A DNA stretch of 64,000 nucleotides from Isurus oxyrinchus. Taxonomy: Eukaryota. The number at the start of each line of letters is the position of its first letter. Positions within the stretch are counted from its first letter, which is position 1. The translations under genes and the position numbers were made by a program. Below, piece by piece: positions 38,294 through 48,800 of the stretch. The notes under the pieces are model-generated. The model was not told the origin of the DNA, did no database searches, and was given only the letters and a program-made list of their open reading frames with translations. Location of the stretch: the NCBI GenBank assembly GCA_026770705.1, contig JANJGN010000126.1, positions 434,001 to 498,000 of the forward strand. Direction: 5' to 3'.

Positions 38294-39154
38294 CTTCATA
38301 GCCGCGCAGTAATACACGGCTGAGTCAGAGAGCTGGGTGTCTGTGATCTTCAAAGGGATGTTTGTGTTGCTCCTATCCTGTACGGCTGAAAAGCGCTTTG
38401 CAAAAGCTGGTGCATTCTCTTCATTCCCAGCCGTGTGTCTGAGCAGCACATACTGAAGGCTTTTTCCCGAGTACTGTACGTACCAGCATAGGTAAGCAGC
38501 TGTGTATGTCGCTGGGTAGATACATGACAACACTGCAGTATCTCCTTCACTCACTGCTACAATTGAGGGTGTTTGGGAAAGTCTCTCCTGTTGGCTGTAT
38601 TCTGGAAAACAATAACAGAATGTTATCAAGGCAACTTTCAGATTTTTTTTTCATTTGGACGAAATAGGCTTTCCAGTGCACACGCAAACGCGCACACGCA
38701 CGGGCTCACGTTAAATCATTCCCTTCAATACGACGGTTGACTGCATTTCATGTGTGAACAACAACAGCCAAAAACAGGGAGCTTCAGCGATTTCACCCCT
38801 CAGTTAACTGATCCCAGGCAATCATCGGTGCAATTTCCTTCTGGCTGTGTTCAGCCAAGGCTACTGTTTCTGCAGGAAGTAGAGAAGCCCTTCTCCGGCC
38901 CGCTGAGACAGTGACAGGTCAGCTTGTGGCTAATGTAGATACTGTACAGACACTCACTGACCAGTGAGCGAAGCCGAGGAAGCTGACCTCATCAATGGAG
39001 TGAACAAAGATTGGAGGAAAAATAACACTACAATTAACAAATTAAAGCGTTACAATCGCATGAAATACTTACTTGGTTGAACATTTATGAGGAAAAGGAA
39101 AACTTTGACGAATATTATTCTTGTCCAGGAGACACACTGGCGATCAGAAGACAT
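38294..39154 (-). CDS. T-cell receptor alpha/delta V gene segment, open frame (leader exon 39154-39073, V exon 38601-38294)
   Basis: V exon YSQQERLSQTPSIVAVSEGDTAVLSCIYPATYTAAYLCWYVQYSGKSLQYVL..RFSA..LKITDTQLSDSAVYYCAAMK has the canonical Cys, Trp and YYC. TTTTCCAG acceptor; GTAAGTA donor after MSSDRQCVSWTRIIFVKVFLFLINVQP in matching phase 1; RSS downstream. The leader assignment is less certain than the V exon. Confidence 0.9.
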
Positions 39155-39619
39155 GTTGTATCCTGTGTCACAATTCGATGCTGTACGGAAGTATGTGATG
39201 TATATTCAGGACATTTGTTAGATCCTACCACCACGTTTAGCTGCACATGTGTATGAGTCCGAGGTTTATAAACAACACTCAAATCGCAAATGTAAGTTTT
39301 CTCAGTTTGATGTCTTCCAGCAGCCGATAGGTGCGATGCTGGCAGGGGTGGGGCAGACAAACAAAGGCAACGAATCAAAATAAAAAAAATTCCAAATTCA
39401 TATCCATAGCCCTGCCTCAATATCGAGGTACATCAATGGCATTTGTTGGTTAAAAGACACAATTGATCTTTAATATTTATTTGACTCCAATAAATGCTGT
39501 TCCTTACTGGACCTAAATTATGTGTTGAACACCAATATAACATTGGTGTCATGGACACTCATATAACAATCAACACTGCTCATTGTTATTCAATGCAAAA
39601 AGAATACGCGTTGGTTTTT

Positions 39620-39880
39620 GTTTGGACAGAACTTGAGTATTTCTGAAAAAGAGACAGGTCTAAGCTTATCGCCCTGCACTCATCAGGAAACTCACAACAA
39701 TAACAATACATGGGAGGGGGGAGCACAATTTACACTGTATGTGAGGAGAATGATGATTGGTTGGCAAGTGGCATTTCCCTGAATAATGCACCACCTGTGG
39801 CGACTGACAGTTAACAGCCAAGAATTGTTTGAAATTTAAGCCAGGTAGCTTGACCCTGATTGGTTCAGGCTGACTCGTTT
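39620..39880 (-). mobile_element. 3' repeat of a second Penelope-like family, with hammerhead-like motif at 39658-39689
   Basis: Reverse complement of 60860-61090. Minus strand reads TTC-CTGATGA-GT-gcagg-GC-GATA-AGCTT-A-GAC. Confidence 0.6.
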
Positions 39881-41369
39881 CTCATGATGATGAAGAAGAA
39901 TAAGACGAAGAAGATGAAGACGATATTGCTGATCTGACTGGTTTGCTCTCCGGAGGTCCGGCAAAGACTGTGTAGGTCGAATGCCTCCCTTCCCGCCCCC
40001 ACCACACCCCACCCCCCACACCCCGCCACCACCTCGCCCCCTCCCCCCTTTCCGCCTCCGTGCTGTAATGAGACTGGTGAACCTGGTTGCACCAATCTAT
40101 GGCAGAGCTATCCAGCCCTAGTTAGGTGGACCAAAACTGAGCACAGTTCTCCAAATGTGTTGTTAGCAAAATCTTACATATTTGCAGCAAAGCTTCGTTT
40201 CACTCCTTATCCAAACCTCTTGCGATGGCTTCACAAACACTGTTGATTAGTCTTTGTTATTAACCAGTTTGAACTGAGAAACAAAAACATAAAGACACAT
40301 TGTTCTCCTGCATATTTTTGGCTCATCCCTTTCTCTCTGTACATATTTAATTCGAAGAATGACAGAGAGCTATAGATACAAAATGGCACTATGTTCCTCT
40401 GAGTACTGAATCAAAAGTGAGGGATGGATTTAGTCTTCATTGTATTGAATCGGAGCTAATCCATTGCACAGCTATGAATTCCATGTCAGAGCAATAATCG
40501 ATCCTAGACAAGGGAAAGGGAAACAGGCATAGAAACTGAAAATTAGTGGAAAGAAGCTGTACATTAATTTCACAATTCCATCTCATTATTCATTTATAGT
40601 TACTGGCAGACAGCAACTTCTGCAATTATATAAAGTCCTTCAATAGTTCAGAGTGTCCCAGGTTGCTTAACAGATAAGGGCGTATTTTTGAAGACTAGTC
40701 ATTCCTTTAATCTAGTGATAGAGTTAAAGGAAAATACAGAATCTGTCTAAATAACTTCTTAAGAAAGACATATAAACGTGGAATTTCTCTTTCCATATAT
40801 TTACGATGCTTGATGAAGATCTAGGAGTTGTAAAGGTCTTTTGAATTTTCAACCTCTGCTCTGTTAAAACTTCACTCGTACAGCATGAAATTCATAGAAA
40901 TTTGGAGCAAAGAATCAGGCCTCTAAGCATTCTCCAATCAATAAGATGTTTAATTTTTTATGTTCTAAAAGCGCAAGGAGAAGTTAAGGAAGTTAAACAA
41001 TTGTAATGAAATCCTTTGAATGATTATAATTGCTGCAAGCTGGAGGGGTCGTTGGATACCCGCTTCTTAGTTTATCGTCAGAGAAACCAAGGGATCTATG
41101 ATCAAAGGTAATTAACAGCTCTCAGTTCCTCTCAGGCAGCGTCAATAATGTTTCCTGATCCAGTGAATCTTGTCATCTGCTATTTGATGTCATAGTTTAA
41201 CCGTAGACTGCACAACAATGAACGAAAACTTATGTGACACATTCCCACCTCCTTGTATAGAAAGAGCCAGATTAAAATGGCCTGGTATCAGGGGAGAGTG
41301 TGGCAGAGATAAACAGACTCTTGGTCAAAAAAAAAATGTTGAAGCTCTGAACTATAATAAAACAGGCAG

Positions 41370-41500
41370 GCATGCGCACATACACTTTTCAAAGAGGCTA
41401 CACAAACAAATACACACACGTACACACATAGGCGCGCTTGCACACACGCAAACACGCATGTACCCACACAACCACATGCATTTCCACATCAATACATATG
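41370..41500. repeat. Imperfect (CA)n-type microsatellite
   Basis: CACACACGTACACACATAGGCGCGCTTGCACACACGCAAACACGCA. Confidence 0.7.
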
Positions 41501-43199
41501 TAACTGTATATATTTTATGTAGTTTTAAATGGAAATAGAGGCGGACAAACTGCAAGAACATTGGCTGCTATTTTGACTTATTTTATTAATGCACAGTCTA
41601 TCAAAATGGAGAACCCAACAACACTGTCAGGGTGCAAGGAGGGAGTAAACATTGCTCATACACCCGTGAAAACACCACCGCCGTTTATCGCTAGTGGTGG
41701 CGCTGCATTTGTTCCCTCAAACAATTCAGGTTCATATTCACTTAACAAACGTTTACATTCATGCAGTTAGCAAGTCCATAAGGATCCCCAAACACAGGCT
41801 TTTATGCCTAACATTTCAGAAAGCAAACACACAAAAGTGTTAAGTTGATCTTTTATACACCGTTTGGTCATGAATATCAAGGTCACATGCTCAACGACTA
41901 TCTATTACTCTTTGGTCCAATGACTGATCAGTTACCAGTCACATCTGTGTCCACAATTAGCTACATGTGACGGCTGGCTAAGTTAGTTAAATAGAAGATA
42001 CCAGTACAGAGGCATGAACAAAGAGCAATAGATGGTGAGGGAAATCCTCAATTTACATAATTTAAAAATGCTTGCAAATCTCCGGACTCTGAAAAGCATC
42101 TTTCAACTCATGTCACTCAAAAATACATAGAGTTAACTGGATAAATCCCAGAATAATTTTAATGCCAAACACCAATCGTTACTCTTCCAGGGGCTTGAAA
42201 ATATTTTTGTGTTTGCAACTTTGATGCCAATTCAGGTTCTTTCTGGAAGCTATTGTAATATTTTCGATAATCAACTAATTGAGGTCCGACATTGCTCTAA
42301 GACTTCGATAGCTCAAACTATGTGGCACAATAGTGAACTTACAGCACAGGAACGACTTCAAATTCCCATGAGTCAATTTTCAAAACGTTCTGTATCCTCT
42401 TTTTCTAGTCATATAATAATGTAAATTATAGATCAGGCATTTTTTTCTCTCCAAGAGACATTCTGAAAAAATATTTTTATGTTTTCCAGTGCTCTCCCCC
42501 CCATTCCTCAAGGACGTTCATGTATCATTGTGAAGGGCAACTATGCGCAGCCCATCTCAGAGCTGGAACAGGTGCATGATATCCCTTTTGCAGTGGCATT
42601 TGCTGGTTGAAATCCCACAGAAACGCCAAACAGATATTTGACCTCTTAATAATGTGAATACTCTGGTGCATAAGCAGAAAGTAACGCCTGGCCACAGCCT
42701 GGACTGTTGCAGGTCCACTCTTTGGTATCGCTGTGTCAATGAGTCACCAATTGAAATGGAAGATTGAAGTCATTGCTGCATTGGGAGTGGGTGACAGCTA
42801 CTCACCGGTGTGGTTGTATGTATGAGACAGTATTGAGGAGGGGCAGTAGATCTCTTCTTGCTCTTACTGTACCTGAATGCCATTATGCCTTCATTGGTGG
42901 AACGTGTGAGTGAACTTGGATCTAAATGGTGATTAACCAATTAAGCCGCATCGCTTGGTCTGCATAGAGCCACTAGAGCCTCAGCAGGTTGGACAGTAGG
43001 TGAATTCTCTCCTGCACACATGGCAGGCTAATTACACAGCCCATGTGTGGACTTATAGGTTTCTCAGCAGTTCACGAAGTCTGAACCTATTTCCAAAGTA
43101 AAATGGACTCAAATTAAATTCTCAATTCTCCATCACGCTATAGAGAGTGCAGTTTATCATGAAAGAGACTGGGGTTTTACCAATGGCCACTAGGTAAAA

Positions 43200-44130
43200 G
43201 GGAGGAGTTTTGTCCTCATCGGGCGGGCACAGCAAGGTGGACAGGAGCTCTCCAGAAGGTGACTGCCAGCCCGCGATCAGGGCTGGAAAGCGATTTCACG
43301 CTAGCAGGTCAGATAAGGGCCATTCCGCGTGAAACTCAACGGGTGACAAGTTGGAGGGGCCAAGTGGGGATGGGAGCCTCTCAGCCCCCGGGTCCAATGG
43401 CGATCCGGCCGCCAGTTTGAAAACGGCCCAGGCAGCCCCAGGAAGGCTGCTGGAGAATGACGTCTGTCTGCTGTTGCAAAGATAGACTCCTGTGCGGCAG
43501 CAAGTACCAGGCGGGAGGGCATGTTGTTTGGGCATTCGGCCCCCAGTTTTACTGAGGTGTGCCTCGCTGCTCTCACGGAGGGGGTGGCTGCCGGAAGGGA
43601 CACACTTGTCCGAAGAGATGGAAGGAGGACGCCTCCAAACCTCACAAAGAAGCATTGGGAGGAAGTGGCAGCCTCGGTGAACAGCCATAATGCACACCTG
43701 GGTGCAGTGCCACAGGCGTTTCATTGACCTGCTACACTCGGAAAGGGTGATTGCTGTGTTGGCATCAGTCAGTGTGTGGAATTGTTTTGAACTAGCCGCC
43801 CTCCCCATGCAGTTCAGCGTGTCAGAACCTGAGTCCTAACTGTCAATCACTCCGGCTCTGGCCAAGTTGCTGAGCTTTGGCTGCTTTGACTGAGTGCATG
43901 CGATTCAACGGCCATGATATGGATGTGGCCTGCAAGGCGCCTGAAGCTGGGGTTCGCCAGGCTGTAATGGCGCTGCAGGTTGGGTGTGGACTAATGAATG
44001 CTTCTCTGTTCTTTCAGGAGAAGGCAGCCCGTAACAACATTGAGAGGCCACGGACTGGTGCAGGACGCCCACACCTTTCAACATCGCTGTCTCTGGCGAC
44101 ATAACGGCCTCCAGCCAGGGCTCCCCTTGC
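43200..44130 (+). mobile_element. PIF/Harbinger transposon fragment with a spliced Myb/SANT-like gene remnant
   Basis: APSFTEVCLAALTEGVAAGRDTL..LTKKHWEEVAASVNS/TWVQCHRRFIDLLHSER (about 43521-43746, one frameshift), GT..AG intron 43747-44017, then EKAARNNIERPRTGAG. This is the Harbinger Myb/SANT trihelix pattern ending in the typical TGGG-like motif. GC-rich relative to the flanks. Confidence 0.75.
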
Positions 44131-44759
44131 TGTGATCATCTCCGACTATGGAGGGTTGTATCTATAAATCATTCCCTCTCTGCTCCCTTAGCTTGGTCAT
44201 ACCAGACATTTAAATCACTGTTGAGAAAACCCTGCAGATAACAAAAGTTTTAATTCTTTAAGCAAACACCCAGAATTTGAACCAAATTCTGATGACAAAT
44301 ACGTTTCCTTCACTCCACCTTGTTCTAAAATCTCAACTGAGCTTCACCGATCCTCACGTGATACACAAGGTCTGTTACCACGTAGAAATGCAATTTAACT
44401 ACATGTTAGCTCCAAAACTTACCTTAATCTTGGGAAACTACGTGACAAGCTTTTTATTTACTGCAATAACTTCAAAGGTCCTGCCTCCTTGTCCTTACCT
44501 AATTAAAAGCGCCCACATTATCATGATCTTGTAATTTTAGCTGTGAACCTCTTAAGTCAACAAGGCTCCAAACTTTTAAGAATAATAAACTTCAAGGTTG
44601 GTTAAATAGCATTTAATTTACGGGTGCTTTTACCAGTTTTTGCCACCAGATATCCCCACTGCCTATAGTTAGATCTTTAATTCCTAAAACTAACAATTGG
44701 ATTGAAAATCAGCTGAATTATGACACTAGCCATAGGTAACAGAAGGTGAATTCTTCACC

Positions 44760-45210
44760 GCAGTATCAGGTACGAATTTACTGTTAAACTGGTATACCAG
44801 TTCCAAGGTCACATTTAGACCGGGGCTTCAGGTACATGTTCACTTTCAAATTGGTGTATCCGGTACAAAGCCACTGTTAGACTGAATTATCAGTTAGAAT
44901 AGCACTGATAGACTGGAATGTCATGTACATGGTCAATGTTAGATCGGGATATCAGTTACAACGTCACTGTTGTACTCAATTATCAGTTACAGCGAAGATT
45001 CGGGTACAAGGCCAATAGGATACCATATTTCAATCCCATGGTCACCGTTTGACGACAGTATCTGTAGGAAGCCCACTGATGGACCTATGCATAATTCAAA
45101 TGAGCACTGTGTGACCAGGTATTAGTTGCATGGTCACTGTAAGTCCGTGGTGTCAGGTACAAAGTCATTTTAGATTGTTTAGTGTCATTTACATGGACAC
45201 TAATATTCCA
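44760..45210. repeat. Degenerate ~31-bp minisatellite (about 14 units)
   Basis: Units such as GGTGTATCCGGTACAAAGCCACTGTTAGACT / GAATTATCAGTTAGAATAGCACTGATAGACT / GGGATATCAGTTACAACGTCACTGTTGTACT. Confidence 0.75.
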
Positions 45211-45606
45211 TGGATTTCAATTACAGGGTTTGGTTACAATGGGGCATCATTTTCCAGGTCAGCTTTAAAGTTAAACTCTCTTATCATTTCCATGGTAATT
45301 GTTGATCCACAGCATCAGTTTTACGTTTACTGTTAAACCAAGCAGTTTCAAATCATCAGTCCACTTTTTCCCTTTCTGATCACTAGACAATGATCAACAA
45401 TGCATCCTTTCGGACTGTTACTGCTTCTGTCCATACTCTGGCACTTGTATTATGTTCATCCCCTGAGAAATTAATTGAAACTGTGAAATTGTTGGGCAGC
45501 ATTTTATCTCCGGAATAATCAAAGCTCTGGATTTGAGTCTGTTTTTCTTTTCTTATCTGTGCTGCAAGTCTGCAGGATTCCATAATCTGTTTATCACAAA
45601 AGTGGC

Positions 45607-45618
45607 TGACGTCACGTG
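45607..45618. promoter_or_regulatory. Overlapping CRE (TGACGTCA) and E-box (CACGTG) upstream of GPCR gene 2
   Basis: TGACGTCACGTG about 270 nt upstream of the exon-1 ATG; TATAAA at 45843-45848. Motif match only. Confidence 0.35.
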
Positions 45619-45881
45619 CTTACTTTGAATAAATTATCTTGACAGGAATGCCATGTTGTTTTTACTATATTTTTTCCATGCAAAGTGATGGGATGAAAGG
45701 GTTAAGGCATCTTGTTTGTTAAGTGACTGTAATTAATGCCAGCCAGTGTATTGTTTAATTGAATCACCAGGACTCTCCTCCGCCTATATCTAGGCAATGT
45801 TTTCAATGTGTATATCAATGTTTGACAGAGTGCGGTCTCCAGTATAAACAGCGATCATTGGATCTCACAGCAAATGCGATC

Positions 45882-48800
45882 ATGTTCTTTGAAATTCCAA
45901 CTGAACTTCGGATTCTGTGGGTGATTTAGGATTTACAAAGGATTTACTATCCGCTCCTCTCTGCTGTTGGCATTCTGGTGAGTGATTATTTTAGAAACTT
46001 ATTTTATAAAACATCTTTCACCATGTCTGTTATCCTTGTCCTTAATGTGAGTTAATTAATTTTATTCTCTTTAATTCTTGTGTCCTGTGATGTGTAATGC
46101 CCTGTGCTTCTGTGAAGTAGCATTTCAGCAGTTGCTGATTCCCTGTTCACAGTTCAATGGACCATTTGTACATCTGAAGACTTACTTCAAGTGATTTTTT
46201 TTTCTTCAGAATTTGGCTGGTTAAATATTTTATGAAATAAATATTGGTGATGAATTATAGCTATTGAACAGCTGCAGTCTGCTGTTTAGACTGAACCCCA
46301 ATATCTGAGCAGAAATATGTTGCGCAGGTATTGGTTTTGCGATGCGATGGAGATAGTAATTTGCACTGATCTGTGGAAATTAGGGCAGACAAGAACGAGG
46401 GAAGATCTCACATATGACTCAGCTCCAGGCAACTTCCGGTCCACCATCTCCCGCTTTGCCTAACATTCACCAAATTTAGATATTTAGGAGAGGATTTGAA
46501 ATGTAATAATTGTTCAACAATACTTGCTCCCCTCACCAACAATTGGCTCCGTTCCCATTTCTGTCCACAGACCTAATTTCCTTCCCTTGACTCTGAATGA
46601 CTTTATTCAGAGCTGCAAATCATTATCCCCCCTCCCAGTTTTTTTATTTTCAATATGCGTTCTTGGGAAATGAATGCCTGTGACAAAGTTCCACTTATTA
46701 CCCATCCGGAGGTGAGCTGACAAGCTGGTGCTGAGTCTTCTTGCTGAGCTGAAGTATTCCCTCTGCTGACTGTGCTCCTACCTGCTGTTAGGGAATTCCG
46801 GAACTCTGACGAAGGGAGAGGTTTCTGTTCCAAGTCAGGATGGTGCGTTAGAGAAGGTGAATCTTGCAGCATTGCACACTTTCTGAATTTTGCTGTGCTG
46901 GTACGTGCTGGCGAAGTAGCCGCGGTGTTTTGTTGTAGTTGATTCTGTAGACATTCTCCCTGCATCCACAGAGGTGAAGGCAGAGAAATATCAAGTTTAA
47001 TGATCGACGGTCACTGATGGAAAATCTAATGCATTTTTGAAGATGATTCTGCTTATTGTGCGTTGCTCTGACAACCATACCGATGAGTAGTGAGCGGTCC
47101 ATCGTCTTTCAGGCGTGAAGTTGATTGATTTGGTGGGAGGCGTGGTGTCGGGGGGTGGGCTGTGGGGTGGCTACTGGAGGGGACTGGTTCAGCGCACTCC
47201 CACCAAACTGCTGAACACCGAACATCCTCACCATGTTCTTCATTGGCTGATATAGTTAATTGTTCCTTCTGCTTAGCCATTTTCTTATGCTGCTCCATTC
47301 TGTAGTCATCACCCCTGCCCTTGTAAATAAACAACCCCTGATGCCTCAGTCCTTGTAAGCAAAAAAACACACCATCTCTAAGCTCTCTTTCCTCTACAAA
47401 TTCCTTGTGCCTGCTGCTACCCCCCAAGTTTCTGCCCCATCTTCCAGGGACACCATGCTTAAATCCTTCTAACCATTTTTCTACCTTGTTACAACTCTTA
47501 CACCGTCCTTACCAAAGGTGCAAATTATATCTTATGTGACTCTGTTTATGTCAAACTACCTCTCTTTCCTCTTCTCGACATGTCTGCAGCCTTTGGCATG
47601 GGTGACCACAATGAAATATTAAGAGTTTCATGCTCTGAATTTGCTCCTAAATCCTTTGTCCTCGCTACAAACTTATCATCCTTTAAGATAATTCTTAAAA
47701 TGTGTTCTTTATTGTTATTCACCCTAAGCCAGCCTTCTTTGACCTGATCTCCATTTCGCTCTTGGTGTAATTTCCCTCTATCTGAAGCTGGGGTCTGGAG
47801 TACATTGCGGTGAATTTAATACTGACTGTATCATTAACCGGAGCTGCCGATGCCAACAGTGGTGAATATTGAAATGTCCGCCGGTCTGCATATCAGGACC
47901 CATCTGAAATCTTGATCCAGGAGCATGCATGCTAATTTCCCGTGAACTTCAAACTTCTGATGGGCAGATTTGTACTGCCCAGGCCCCTCTAACAATGATT
48001 CCAACACTGACTTCAGTTTTGGACTGTTGTGCCTGTTGTGCGACAGATGCTTGCCCTAGTATTTTCCCACTATTAATTTCTAGCTTGTGTCAGTGAATAA
48101 CTTTCAAGCGAAGTCCATGCACGCCCAACCCCCACCTACAGACCTCCCACATTCATCCCACACACAGCAACCCACAACACCCCCAACTACTGACCTCAGG
48201 AAACCTAATCTGAATCGATTGCCTTCCCCTCGACCCACTTGCACAGCTCTCACTAGCCATCGCCCGTCCATTCAACCCCCAACTGACTGCAAAGCACGTT
48301 AACTACTCACCCATTCCCATCCCAACTACTAACCACCCGCCATCTACGCACCTCATACACACCTCATCTCCCCCACCCCGCTACATAGGCAAGAAAAACA
48401 AGCTGCAAGGGTGGGAAAAGATAGGGCTTTAATTACATTTGCAATCAGCGCTGATCATCCGAGTATCACCACCAAATGGGAGGCCAGGACCATTAATTTT
48501 ATGAATTATCTCACGTATTAATTTACACATTCATCAAAGCCCTGTGTTAAAATTGCACCAGAATCTTCAGTTTCCCTGAGATAATAACACAGACGAGTTT
48601 CATTCTATCCTCATCCAGCGTTTCAACAGGCGAGAAACAAGTAAAAATTGTAAATGTTCATAACTTGGGTGCTCGGGTACACAAACTAGAGAAAGCTAAC
48701 ATGCAATATGTTTTATTATTATCCGTTCATGGGAAATGGCTGCGTTGGCTGGGCCAGCATTTATTACCCATCACTAGTTGCCCTTGTGAAGGTGGTGATG

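Noticed and set aside
39073-39139. J-segment reading of the upstream exon (CAGTGTG then SWTRIIFVKV..INVQP|gtaagt), which would suggest a NAR-TCR-like J-to-V splice
   Set aside because: No nonamer at 12 or 23 nt, FGxG reads FVKV and is two codons out of register, and the 46-nt length from ATA plus the YSQQ stub in the V exon fit a normal leader better.
44760-45210. CRISPR-like array
   Set aside because: Contiguous decayed tandem units with no unique spacers, no cas genes, vertebrate context.
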